Source: Macrostomum lignano (lineage: Eukaryota). From it: a DNA stretch of 64,000 nucleotides. Position numbers and translations under genes: made by a program. The DNA lies in assembly GCA_002269645.1 (NCBI GenBank), contig NIVC01000037.1, positions 992,001-1,056,000 on the forward strand, given 5' to 3'. The notes beneath the pieces were generated by a model that was not told the origin of the DNA, ran no database searches, and saw nothing but the letters and a program-made list of their open reading frames with translations. This document shows positions 1 to 17,320 of this stretch, piece by piece (the stretch's first letter is position 1; the number at the start of each line of letters is the position of its first letter).

Positions 1-635
1 TGGCAGTGATTACTTAAGCCGCAGTCGTTCATTTCCTATCATAAATTGTGGCTTTGATTAAACAGATTCTTGTATTTAATTTATTCAAGTTTCAGTCTCT
101 TGAAGGCTGTTTTCGTTAGCAATAAAAATTGTCTGGTTTTGCGCACTATATACTCTTATATTACTTATAGTAGTAAAGAGGCTTGTAACAAGAGGTTTAA
201 CTACAGCCAACAACAAATAACAATGAATCGCGCCAATTATCATAAATATTTTTGTTTTTTACACATAAAAGTGCCAGGATACACGAGTAAAGATGCTATA
301 CAAAGTGGGCAGTAAAAATACGTCAGGCAATGTGTGTGTACGCTGAACATAAAAATGCATTACAATGTTAGTATAATTTTTTATTCGGATCGAACAGTTT
401 TGCTAAATAAGCGTGGGAAGAAACGAAGGTAGCTACTCACGACAATTTGTACATATATATTATTCTTAATTCTACAGTAATCTTTAGACAATATATGGAC
501 GAACAAAGCAGGTGTGTGTCACGAGGGCATTTATTGCGTTGTACTTTTGTCTATCAGATTAACTGCCAACCACCAAATCAATCAGTTTGATCTTTGTAAA
601 ATCTGCTGAGCGTTGCGACAAGCGTGGCTGGTCAA

Positions 636-1250
636 TACTATCAGTCAGTGTACATTGGGGGCTGGTCAGGACTATCTGTACATTACGGGGTGGGGCAGGA
701 AGGGAAAGTTAAATCAGTGCACATAGCGGGGGCGGGGCGGGAAGGGACAATCAGTGTACATTGCGGGGGCGTGAAGGGACGATCAGTGTACATAGCGGGG
801 GTGGGGCGTGAAGGGACAATCAGTGTACATTGCGGGGCGGGCGGGAAGGGAAAATCAGTGTACATAGTGGGGGCGGGGACAATCAGTGTACATAGCGGGG
901 GCGGGAAGGGACAATCAGTGTACATAGCGGGGGCGGGGCGGGAAGGAAAAATCAGTGTACATAGCGGGGCGGCCGAGCGGGGCGGGAAGAGACAATCAGT
1001 GTACATAGCGGGGGCGGGAAGGGAAGGGACAATCAGTGTACATAGCGGGGGCGTGAAGGGACAATCAGTATACATAGCGGGGGCGTGAAGAGACAATCAG
1101 TGTACATAGCGGGGGCGGGCGGGAAGGGAAAATCAGTGTACATAGCGGGGCGGGGCGGTAAGAGACAATCAGTGTACATAGCGGGGCGGGGCGGGAAGAG
1201 ACAATCAGTGTAGATGGCGGGGGCGGGAAGGGAAAATCAGAGTACATTGC
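636..1250. repeat. ~30-bp minisatellite (core CAATCAGTGTACATAGCGGGG) downstream of the ZDHHC12 stop
   Basis: Directly visible tandem units. Confidence 0.9.
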
Positions 1251-1252
1251 GG

Positions 1253-3210
<1,958 letters not shown>

Positions 3211-3224
3211 TTGCTCGGCTATCT

Positions 3225-3545
3225 TGGGACGATTATTTCAAGAGGTGATTTCTAGAGGTGATTTCTAAAGGCGATTTCTAGAGGCAATTTCAAGAGGTGA
3301 TTTCTAGAGGTGATTTCTAAAGGCGATTTCTAGAGGCGATTTCTAGAGGCGATTTCTAGAGGCAATTTCAAGAGGTGATTTCTAGATGCGATTTCTAGCG
3401 GCGATTTTCAGAGGCAATTTTTGTAGGCGATTTCTATAAGGCGATTTTTTTCAAGAGGCGATTTCTATGAAACGATTATTTCAGGAGGCGATTTCTATGA
3501 GACGATTATTTCAGGAGGCGATTTCTATGAGACGATTATTTCAGG
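3225..3545. repeat. ~13-bp tandem repeat (GATTTCTAGAGGC)
   Basis: Directly visible. Confidence 0.85.
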
Positions 3546-3894
3546 AGGATATTTATTGAAAGTAGCGACTCTCACTAGAGAGAGAGAAGCAACAGAAATA
3601 TTGTCAAAATAATAAACTAGATACTGCAGTCAAAGTACAACAATGGGTTTTAGTTATATTTTCAAATGTGTGAAAATAATGAACAGATGATCAGCTAGAC
3701 TGGCTAAGGTATCTAGAATAAATACAACACTATAGAGTGACAGCTAACCCAGACAGGAAGCTCAAACGGCGATCATGTCGGGGAAAATCAAATGGTCATA
3801 GGGATAGACAAAATTGATAAATTGAAAGTTCAAGCCAACGCAACATACGCTCGTATGAAGAATGCCATCGGCCCGTTTAATATGAATGAAGAAG

Positions 3895-4430
3895 AGAGTC
3901 CTTAGGTAGTCCTTAGAGAGTCCTTAGGTAGTCCTTAGAGTCCTTAGAGAGTCCTTAGGTAGTCCTTAGGGAGTCCTTAGGGAGTCCTTAGGTAGTCCTT
4001 AGGTAGTCCTTAGAGAGTCCTTAGGTAGTCCTTAGGGAGTCCTTAGGTAGTCCTTAGGTAGTCCTTAGGTAGTCCTTAGGGAGTCCTTAGGGAGTCCTTA
4101 GGTAGTCCTTAGGTAGTCCTTAGAGAGTCCTTAGGTAAGTCCTTAGAGAGTTCTTAGGTAGCCCTTAGAGAATCCTTAGGGAGTCCTTAGAGAGTCCTTA
4201 GAGAGTCCTTAGGGAGTTCTTAGGTAGTCCTTAGAGTCCTTACGTAGTCCTTAGGGAGTCCTTAGGGAGTCCTTAGGGAGTCCTTAGAGAGTCCTTAGGT
4301 AGTCCTTAGGGAGTCTTTAAGTAGTCTTTAGAGTCCTTATTAGGTAGTCCTTAGGGAGTATTTAGGGTAGTACTTAGAGAGTCCTTAGAGAGTCCTTAGA
4401 GAATCATAGAGAGTCACTAAGGAGTTATTC
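3895..4430. repeat. ~12-bp tandem repeat (GTCCTTAG core)
   Basis: Directly visible. Confidence 0.9.
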
Positions 4431-4599
4431 AGGAGTCATAGCGGAGTCACTGAGGAGTCATTCAGCAATCAGTGAGTCATAAAAGGACCAGTGTGTCACT
4501 CGGAGAGAGTAATAATAATGAGGTCATTGGGGCGCGAACCCCCCCGCCCGATCAAACGGACACAGACCACACCAATAACAAGGCAATACTAAAGAGAAG

Positions 4600-5115
4600 T
4601 CAATGCGGCTTAGGCACGTGACCATCAACATAGAAGTTCCTAGTAGCCTGCGGCAGGGTGACGCGCATGCCATCGAGCCCGGCGGCCAGGACAATCTGGC
4701 AGCTCAGCCGGGAGTTCTCGCGCAGGAATGGCGCCATGTCCAGCATGTCCTCTTCGGCTTCGGTCACCGAGGACAGATCGGCTGAATCTGGAGCATCGAC
4801 GTACACGTGACAGGTGCAGCAGGCCAGAGAGGCTTCGCAAGCGCCTTCAACAGGCAGCTCGTATCGTTGGAGCAGGCGCAGCAGGTTCTCGCCAGACTGA
4901 CCGGATACCTGGTGCTCCTTGCCAGACTTGTCAATCACTGTTACTGAGACTGGCGGCCCGGCTGGTGCGTCAGCTGCCGCGGTGCTGCTGGAGGAGTAGG
5001 CGGCGGCGGTGGCGGCAGCGACAGGCCTGCGAACAAGCGCCCGATGACTGTTGCAGAAGCAGCCAGACGGAGCCGCTGCCGGCAAAAGCAGACGGGGAAG
5101 CAATCGGAGCAGCAT
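4600..5115 (-). CDS. FDX2: Mitochondrial 2Fe-2S ferredoxin, adrenodoxin family, FDX2-like; intronless; likely start ATG at 5115
   Basis: Motifs GACEASLACCTCHVYV, EEDMLD, ENSRLSCQI and the FDX2-type C-terminus TRNFYVDGHVPKPH. The N-terminus is Arg/Leu/Ala-rich like a mitochondrial presequence. TATAAATA (minus) lies at 5172-5179. Confidence 0.93.
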   Translation of the reverse strand: MLLRLLPRLLLPAAAPSGCFCNSHRALVRRPVAAATAAAYSSSSTAAADAPAGPPVSVTVIDKSGKEHQVSGQSGENLLRLLQRYELPVEGACEASLACCTCHVYVDAPDSADLSSVTEAEEDMLDMAPFLRENSRLSCQIVLAAGLDGMRVTLPQATRNFYVDGHVPKPH

Positions 5116-6959
5116 GGAAGCAGGAAATTTGGAGGGATACAACATGGAGTCCCTTGTTTGGAACATATTCATATTTATATTTCATAAACTCCAGTGTAAT
5201 AAATTATATTATTATACCTTTATTAAAAAAATATCCATACTTCCATACTATGGTCTAAGTTGTTTATAAAGCTTTGATGCAAGCAATAAAGCAAACCCTA
5301 AACTGAAGGCTTATTTATTTATTTGGTTTACACTACTAAAAAAAATAAATGCTAATAATGATCAATAATCACTTTTTAATTAAAATTTTGTAGTCAATGT
5401 CAAGAGAGTGTGCCATCTTAGTTTAATTTATTTTTTAAATATTGTTTTAGGTTTAATACCCACTTTATAGATATGATATTTAGCTTACTTGGCTTTATTA
5501 AAAATCAAAACTATCAAATATAACTCATATCTTTATTTCTTACAACCTGAAAACCATCAAAATCATTGGCTTGTTGAATAGACTTTTTTATGAGTATTTT
5601 GACTTTTTTTGGAAATATGACACTATAAAAGATGAAGGAACTAACTTTCAATTTATTTGTTTATTAGATAAAATTAAAGAAATGTGTTTCCAGCTGTTTT
5701 TTTTTAAAAGTCAGTCTTTTCAATAATATAGTACTATATTAGGCAGTGTCGTCTAAAAGTTTAAGAGTTATGTTAATTCAATTACAATTTTTCAGTTTCA
5801 TATTAGCAAAAATTAACCTAACAAAGAAAGATTAAGCTGCCTACAATAAGGCAAGCAGCACTAAAGTAATTCTGTTTCATAGAGCCTTTTATGCCCCTAA
5901 TAAAACATACAAAAGTTCTTAGCATTTTGCTAGGTTTTTGGAAGATATTTTGTCTGTTTATAAGAGACTTGGCTATTTAAATACCTAATATATTAGTCAA
6001 AATTTTATGTGTTATACTCGTTATTGTTTTTACTAAACAAATTATTCTTAAGATTGGTTTTTACATTTTATAATATATTTAAAGTAATCTAACACAAAAA
6101 TCAATATGTTAAAGAAACATAAATGTAAATGAAACTATGCATTTTAAAAAAAATATGAAAATAGTCCTGTAGGTCTATATATACAATGATAGTTGTAACT
6201 ATCTAATTAACTTTTTGGCTCATTAGGTTTCTATGTATTCTAATTTTTTTGATTTAGACTTGCATGCATGAATTTATTAGACCAATTAATGCATGATTAG
6301 CAACTTTACTTTTTAATTGATAGATTTAGCCTTTAGTTGCATACTAATGCCAAAAAAGAAACTATAAAAATATTTTCCTTACTACTGACAATAGTAAACA
6401 TGGTTATATAGATATGAATTACATGTGTATTGCCACAAAAAAGTATTAAAAACATGTACTTATCAGCTCATTGCTTGAAGCTAAAATTTAGATTTAGGCA
6501 TTTAGATCAAACAATAAAAGCTCAACACCTATTTATCAAATAAAATTGCTTATTTTTAGTTCAAAAAAGATCAATACTTAATTAGCATGCCATCAAAGAA
6601 GTAGCACACATGCAGGTCTTATAAAAATGAGAGAAAGAAAGCATTATGCTGATCTTCAGGGATTTATAAAGTAGAATTGGTTAAGACAAAAACATTCTAT
6701 TATAAGAAAAAAAACTATTATAGAATTGGATGCAGTAGAAGACCAGAAAAGTGTCAGATTAAACCTAATTCAATGAATACTACTAAACAGATTAAGAGCA
6801 CTGCTGATTAGCAGTTGAGTTGGTCTAAAGCTGTCAAACAGCAGGATAAACTAGAAAGAAAAGGAAGAAATTTTGTGTTTATTTACATGTTTGAAGGTGG
6901 AAAAAGAAAAAACTGAAGCAGTAGAGGTGGCAAAGATCTAAAGCTGATCAGCAAAGACA

Positions 6960-8060
6960 AGCTACCTTTAATGATTTGGAAGCCACTATCAAGCATATTG
7001 TAGATAGTGCCATAGCACTCAAATGACAGAACCACATGCAAAGCATAGTACAGTGTATTTGCTCTGGTAATTGTATTGCTCTAGGAAAATTCTTTTAGTG
7101 CTACACATAGACCTTAGTGAGGTATATAGTGCAATGTACTACCCAAGAGACAACTAGTCCACTTTGGGGATTGCAAGCAAGTGACAATTTACTAGGGTTT
7201 CATCTACAAGTAGATGATGAGGTGTGTTATTTGTTTCTCTATTGCTAGATTACATCAAGAATATAGAAGGAATTGCTACACACCTACAACCTATCCTAAA
7301 GCACTTTTTATTGGCCTTAAGTAAAGTTACTAAGCAAGTCACTATCATTTCTAATTCACATAGCAGCCAATTCTTATACTGCAATAGGATAGCAATATTT
7401 TTGTTTGATCAATTATTGCAATAAGTCAATATCTATTGCTAGCAATGGATCTTCACCAAGGCCAACCATGGCAAAGGTGCCACTAATAGTGTGGGAGTAG
7501 CCATTAAGCAATAGTATGATAACCAAGTGTCTACAAATAAGCAGAGGCTAGTAGTCATAGTATAGGACATGATAGACACTGACAATTGGTAGTTGTGATA
7601 AAAAGAAGATTTTGCTTTTTGAAATTATAGGCCCTAACCTATGATATTAAGGAGTTTTGAAATGTGCTGCAAATGGTAAACCTATCTATAATGCTAGACA
7701 TTGCCAACTATTACCATATTTACCAAGTTGATTAAAATGGTATCTTGTATTAGAAATTGACCTGTCTCTGTATAGATGCTACTGATTACTGTCAGTGCCA
7801 CAATGCAAAGCCATGGTGACCACTGGCTTTGCCACTAATGTTAAGACAGATAACGCTATTGGTGAAAAATGCAATTGATACCAAAGGGTCTTTAACTGCC
7901 AAATATGTCAAGGGTCAAGGTTATGATGATCATAATAAATTGGTAATAGATATTAAGTGTCATAATTCTGCCATCTGTATTTTACCTACAATTTTGAGAA
8001 TCTAATGGATTCCATGTGATGGCTATGATGCCTAGTATCATTGTGAATATACTGGCTTTT
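6960..8060 (+). mobile_element. Possible highly decayed hAT-type transposase relic
   Basis: Only scattered, stop-interrupted motifs: K*QNH...SGNCIALGKFF near 7020-7095, KGQGYD near 7910 and WIPC near 8008. It lies inside the CpG-depleted block. Weak support. Confidence 0.3.
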
Positions 8061-10116
8061 TATTAAATAGCAACCTACCTGATTGCACCTTTAATCTCAT
8101 ATGGATTAAGGTTAGAAAGCTTTGAATATAGATGAATAAAAAAAAGTCAACACATTTGAGAATCATTTTTTCCATGTTAGAAAGAGTTTATAGAAATTTT
8201 ATTTTATTAAAAGCAAAGAATCAATCTTAGCAACTTGGGTTATAGAAATTTTTTCTTTTGGTAAAGATATCACATATAAATGTTGAAAACATTATTCTGC
8301 TTAGATTTCTTTTATACCTAGGTAAGTCATATTTTTGGTCAAAAAGTAAGCTGCATGGCCAATATAAATCAAGGTAGTTATACATGTTTATGTAGCTAAC
8401 TTAGTCTTCTATGTATGAACACTAGATAATTTGCCAAAAACCTTTTTTTCCAAAAGTCAATTTGCCAAATACCTTTTTATTGAAAGTTGATTTGCTAAAA
8501 ATGTATTGTTTAGGAAACTGATATCCACCAATTCAAATAACAATGTACTGTATACAATAATGCTAACAAGACTTTTTTGATATCATGGTGTGATACTTGG
8601 GTGACCTGCATGTAATTGCCTTACAGTATTGTTATAGATTTGTTTTGAGTGACTTAATTATATTCTAACATAAATGTACATCTTGGTTAACATGATTTAT
8701 GTACATCATATTGCTCACTTTTAGAACCTCAAATACATAATCTCTAACTTGGCTAGTCTGGGTCTGACTTATTTTTCTCACTTAGCTTAAACCATAATCT
8801 TTTGACTTTACAGTGTATAAGGTCATAAGTTCAATTTTTAGTTTTTTTATTGATTATCAATATATGAAAACAAAATATGAAGAGAATAATTTCTTGTCCA
8901 ATAATTGTCATATATGCTATATAGCAATTAAGCCAATATGTATTAAAAGACACTTTTCCTTCCTACTTTTGCATGTTATAGTAGCTAAAATGGGACCCAC
9001 TCCATCTTCTTTGCCCTTTCCTTACTACTTAAGACTTATGACCAATTACTATATATAGGCCTATATATAGATTTACCAACTGCAAGCAACCATTCCTCTT
9101 TGCAATATGCATTTACTACAAGCTTTGCTGCTAGCAAGTGCATCACCAGCATAAAACCAGGCAAATGTATAGAATGTCCTATTATAAAACAGCAATGGAT
9201 CAATGCTGCATATGTCAAAAGCATGTCTATATAGCAGCAGGCACTACAATGTGACTGTGGTTCCTGGCAATATTGGAAGTGCAACAGTGGCATTTCCCAA
9301 TAGCAATACTAACAATTGATGCAGCAGGCAAAATTGATTGGAAATCCTGCAATTGCATAGCTGATACTAATGCTGCCAAGTTGGATGAAGCCATGTTGGA
9401 CAATAGCTTCAATGATGACTTGGCAACAGAAGCTCCAGCTGTAGCTAGAGTCAACGCTGCTGAATTCAACAACTTGGTAGCAGAAGCTCTGGCTGTAGCT
9501 GAATTTGATGCCACTGACTTCAATGATGACTTGGCAGCAAAAGCTGTCTTCATGGCTTTGCAGTTGTAGGCTGCTTCTACCTAACTCTGCTTTCCTACTT
9601 TTACTCCTTCTTTTCCCATTCATTAGGGTTGGGATCCACTTTCTCAGGCCATTGCCTACTTTTTTTGCAACTGCTTTGTCTTGTTTGGCTCCTTCTGGCA
9701 TGTTTGATGCAATTGTTACTCTCTAAGTAAGGTATGTTAAAGGCGCCAGGGGGTGCTGCTGTATTTGTCTCTGTACTCTGGCAGGGGTTGAGGTGTAGGG
9801 GTATTGGCCATGCTGGCTAGCTTAAAGCCTCTGTACCTAGCCCATCTTGTCTTTGCCATTATTTTTCAATTTTTTAAATTCTTCTTATGAACCAATAAAT
9901 AGAAACTCATTTAAACAAATAAATAAACACTTCACTTGATTCCATTTGGATCCACTCTCTTAGCCACTGCCTGCTTTTTTGCAAACACTGCTTTATCTTG
10001 TTTGGCTCCTTTTGGTCTAGCATGTTTAATTGTTTGGAAAAATAACTTTTGGCAAATTGACTTGCTACCCAATGTATAGAGTATGATCAATTTCTATATC
10101 TCATGCAGGTATTTTT

Positions 10117-11284
10117 GGCAATCCTTCGGATTCCCTCTCTAAATTATTTTGACCCCATTTTTGAACTTTTCAGCTACTAACTGAATGGCTGGCCGACCTA
10201 GAGCGCCGCTATCTATTGTGCCTGCTGCCAAAGTCATTAACAGCATCCTGCTGTGCAACATTGAAGTCACCCACCGAGAATTGGTTGCACTAGTGCTAGA
10301 CATTGACAAAGCTATGCAATGGATGGCAAGACACTACCTGCTTGCTAATAGCAGGATGTGTGACACGTGCAATGTTGCCATGGCACTCCAGTGCCATGCT
10401 GGCATGGACTCCATTGATGGCTGGTGCTGGTCCTATAAAGAGTGCAAGCGCCACCGCTCAATTTGGAAGGGCTCCTTCTTTGAAGGGCCATCTGTCACTG
10501 CTCCAACTCATTGACATCGTGTATTTCTAGAATTCTAGTCAAAGAACCTGCGGGCAATGAATATCATGAATGAGGTGCAGATAGGATGGGAAGCAGTCAT
10601 TGACTGGCTCAACTTTATCTGCGATATTTGCGCAATGTACCTCGTGGATCATCTAACGCAGCTTGGTGGCCTAGATGTTGATGTTAAAATAGACAAAAGC
10701 AAGTTTATGCACTGCAAGTACCATTGGGGCCAGTATCGTGAAGGTCATTGGGTGCTTGGTCTTGTCGAAAGACAGGGCATTGCTCAATGGCTGCTATTCC
10801 CAACAGATCCACTAACAGCCTACTACCGATCATCAACCAGACTATGCTCCCAGGAATGTGTATTATAATAGACCAATAGGCCGCATACAACACGTTGGCC
10901 AACCACCTAATGGTCAACCATTTGCTGCACTTCAGGGACCCTAACATTGGCTAACAACCCTGAAGCACACATGAATACCATCGAGGGAATGTAGGCCCAT
11001 TGCAAAGCCAAATTTCAAGCTATGCATGGGACCAGTGACAATTTGTTTAGCATATACCTGCAGGAATTCATGTGGCGCCAAGCTTTTCCCAAATGGAAAT
11101 TTGGCAATATCCTTTACTGGATTATGCACTAGGCCTATTACCCCATGTAGTCCGAACTTGAACTTGAACTTGAACTTGAACTTGAACTTCTATAACCTCT
11201 ATAACTTATTTTTGTTGCCTCGGGAGTCTAAAAAGTTTGAAAATAGGGTCAAAATAATTTAGAACGGGAATCCTAAGGATTGCC
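10117..11284 (+). mobile_element. Merlin-superfamily (IS1595/ISXO2-like DDE) DNA transposon, full length but inactivated
   Basis: About 54-bp TIRs (GGCAATCCTTCGGATTCCC... from 10117; inverse ending ...GGATTGCC at 11284). The 8-bp TSD is GTATTTTT/ATATTTTT. Frameshifted transposase motifs: LLANSRMCDTC..DGWCW..SIWKGSFFEG, QLGG..VKIDKSKF..KYHWG..EGHWVLGLVER, DQWAAY and HMNTIEGM*AHCKAKF. Confidence 0.88.
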
Positions 11285-12973
11285 ATATTTTTAAGACATT
11301 TTATCAATCTATATAGTATATTATTGATGTAAAAATAAACTTAATTTTCTAGATTTTCTTCAAAACCTATCCCTGACTTCAATCCGAAATATAACAAAAC
11401 TCATAGGCCTAAGCTCCACATTAAAAAGGCTAACAAAGTTATACTGATTTATTTTTTAAGTTTTATATAATATTTTTATGAATATCCAATGCCTATTTGC
11501 TATTTTATTTATGTTAGGCAAATATTTCTCAAAGACCATTTGCCAAAGTGCCAATGGAAAATTGCAAATCAATGTATTTTTATATTTTTGCAGCAAAGAA
11601 CTTGGATTAAATATGTGCTTAGCTTAATTTTACATAAGAAATTTGAGAACAACCAATACCCATCTATAAAGTTTTAGGGGGCCTACACATCTCACTGTCA
11701 CTGTCAGTGTCAATGACAGCAGACAGTCAGTAATTATGAGCGAATTAAGTTGCCTAAAGACCTAACATGGATTATAGTAGGCTATGTAATTGCTTTAAAT
11801 AAAAACCTGTTCCTAATTAAACCCGTTCCGAATCTTTCCAACTACAGGACAGGTTACTGAATGCTGAGGTGCAGTGAGGTTACGGAGCTAGAGCTTGAGC
11901 TGAGCTAAGCAGCAGATCAAGTTTCTATGATAATATATTTTAAGTTGAGAAGCTCTTAATATAAACAATAGTTTGTAAATAACTTCATTTTTTATCCAGA
12001 GAAGCTATAAAAACTCTCAGCAAAGCAGATAAAATAATATTATAGATTATCTTTCAATTTTATTTATATTCAGGGTGCCTTTCTAATTATTGCACGAGTT
12101 GGTCAGGACTTTTTCAGTCCGATAAGTTAAGTGACAATAGTGGATATAGTACTTATATTGTTGTCATAATAGCAACATTGTTTCAGTCAAACTATTATTC
12201 ACAGCTTAACCGATGTCTTCAACGGCAGTGATTGGCCATTTTTACCCAGTTTTAGTCGTCCTTGCTTTTTTCTTCGACATGTTCATTTTTCATTTTGCAA
12301 TCGTGTTGCATGCAGTTCAAGGCCGCAGAGCTTCTGTTTCACTGCAAAAACTTGTCAATGGTAGCTGCTACGCCTTCAATATTATGATTCTAAAACCTGA
12401 ATCCGATTTCCCACTAGGGCCTATACGGCGACTGCATGCGTAATTCTTGTCGCGAACCTGTAGACTTTTAAACCCTAGCTGAAGTACTACATCATGTAGC
12501 TTGTACATATATACATAAATTTCAACATGTACAATACTTCATAGGCTACAGCTGCTTTTAGAAGGACAACTATATAAATTAATAAGTCGCTCACAATTGG
12601 GTCCACTATATTGCGAGTACACCCCTGTAAATGTCAGTCAGCTTACATGTACATGTGCAGCCTGTAGTAAATTAAGTAGTTCGGTCGACTTTTTTGAGAT
12701 GTGCAATGAAAATGAAAAACGCTAATGAGCTCCACAAAGGCGTTGGGTTATATCTCTTTATTACGACGAAAATGGTGCTCTTATTTTCGCAGTGGTGTAC
12801 TTTTGCAGCGCAGTATTATTTTAGGCGCTATATAAATTTTATTTATATATTCTCATGAAGTGAACGGTGTTGAATGTCTTTTTAACAGTGCATGTAATGG
12901 CCATAGCGTGCCTGCACAGCAGCTATATATATTAGCAATATCTTAATGGCAAAAAATCAAATCAGCAGAAGCA

Positions 12974-15272
<2,299 letters not shown>

Positions 15273-16109
15273 GGCCCGAAGCCCAAACAGGCAGAGCGGC
15301 TAAGCCTGGAAAACTTGGCCTTGTTATAAATCTGTAGGCCTTAAATGTACCTGCCAGTAGAAGTGCAGAGGCAATTAGTCTAGAATTAATTTCAAGAAGT
15401 GAACAAAGCGGTTAAACTAGAATATGAGCAAGCGAAGGGGAAGGGTGAAGTTGAACTGCTCACTGGCGGCAGGAAGAGCGCTCTCTTGGAATGCAGGGTT
15501 GCTGGGCTTGAGTCAGGGGAGAGACAGAGAATGGAGAGCTTCGCTTTATAGCCTCCTTTTCCTATCTAAACTTAAAAGTTGAATTCAGTTTGTGATGCAG
15601 CAATCTGTGTGTGTCTGTGTACCTCTCCTGCATTCCCTCTGCTCTTCTATATTATTTTTCTGTCTTGTCTAAAACGTGCGCACTTGGACCGACAGAGAGA
15701 CTGAACGCACACCTCAGTGTATTTTCTGCTGCCATTTGGGGTCGCCTTTCTCAATGCAACATTTTGTGCGCGGCTTTCAAACTATAGAAATAGATAGAAA
15801 TAGACCCCTAGAAAATGTAAGACTTGCTTGCTAGCTCGCTAGCACAAAACGGTCAAACATTACCAATGCGAGTTTCGAGTTTTTTACTCTTCAAACTGCT
15901 TCCGACATTTCGAGCGCTTGAGAACCTGTAGAGCTTATATTGGCAAATAATCATCTACCAAAGCTTTGACAAATCGCGGGTTTTACAATCTTAGCTCGTA
16001 TTGATGCTTAGAGCCACAACACGATCGCTTGAGATTTAAAATGCTGATTTCTATACCGCTTATATGATCTACTATTGCAACAGAAAGTGATGCTTATTTT
16101 AAGTTCGGT

Positions 16110-16715
16110 GTGTGAGAGTGAGATTATGAGACTCGATAGAGTGAGATTGTGAGACTTGATAGAGTAAGATTATGAGACTCGATAGAGTGAGATTGTGAGA
16201 CTCGATAGAGTAAGATTGTGAGACTCGATAGAGTGAGATTGTGAGACTTGATAGAGTGAGATTGTGAGACTTGATAGAGTAAGATTATGAGACTCGATAG
16301 AGTGAGATTGTGAGACTCGATAGAGTGAGATTGTGAGACTTGATAGAGTAAGATTGTGAGACTTGATAGAGTAAGATTATGAGACTCGATAGAGTGAGAT
16401 TGTGAGACTTGATAGAGTAAGATTGTGAGACTCAATAGAGTGAGATTGTGAGACTCAATAGAGTGAGATTGTGAGAGTTGATTGAGTGAGATTTAGAGTT
16501 GATTGAGTGAGATTCTGAGAGCTGATAGGGGGAGATTGTGAGACTTGATAAGTGATATTGTGAAAGTTGATCGGGTGAGATTGTGAGAGTTGATAGAGTG
16601 AAATTGTGAGAGTTGATCCGGTGAGATTGTGAGAGTTAATAGAGTGAAATTGTGAGAGTTGATCCGGTGAGATTATATGAGTGTTGATAGAGTGAGATTA
16701 CGAGAGTTGATACGC
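16110..16715. repeat. 23-bp minisatellite (GTGAGATTGTGAGACTTGATAGA)
   Basis: Directly visible. Confidence 0.9.
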
Positions 16716-16869
16716 TACTGTCAGTAGGTATTCGGCTGTTTTTTAGCTAATATTATTAAAGTGCAGCACTCTTCTTGGTGGCACCAAATGTGCCTCTGTC
16801 GCATTGCCCCACTCCAGCTGAATATCGGCAACAATACTAAAAGCGACAGCTTATTTATAGTAGAAGCTG

Positions 16870-17320
16870 ATCAGTGAACTGTGAGGATTGTGTGAACTGT
16901 GGGGATTGTGTGTACTGTGGGGATTGTGTGAACTGTGAGGATTGTGTGAACTGTGGGGATTGTGTGAACTGTGGGAATTGTGTGAACTCTGAGAATTGTG
17001 TGAACTGTGAGAATTGTGTGAGCTGTGAGAATTGTGTGAACTGTGGGGATGGTGTGAACTGTGGGGATGGTGTGAACTGTGAGAATTGTGTGAACTGTGG
17101 GGATGGTGTGAACTGTGAGGATTGTGTGAACTGTGAGGATTGTGTGAGCTGTGGGGATTGTGTGACCTGTGAGGATTGTGTGAACTGTCGGGATGGTGTG
17201 AACTGTGAGGATTGTGTGAACTGTGGGGATTGTGTGAACTGTGGGAATTGTGTGAACTGTGGGAATTGTGTGAACTGTGGGAATTGTGTGAGCTGTGGGA
17301 ATTGTGTGAACTGTGGGAAT
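16870..17320. repeat. 18-bp minisatellite (TGTGTGAACTGTGGGGAT)
   Basis: Directly visible. Confidence 0.92.
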
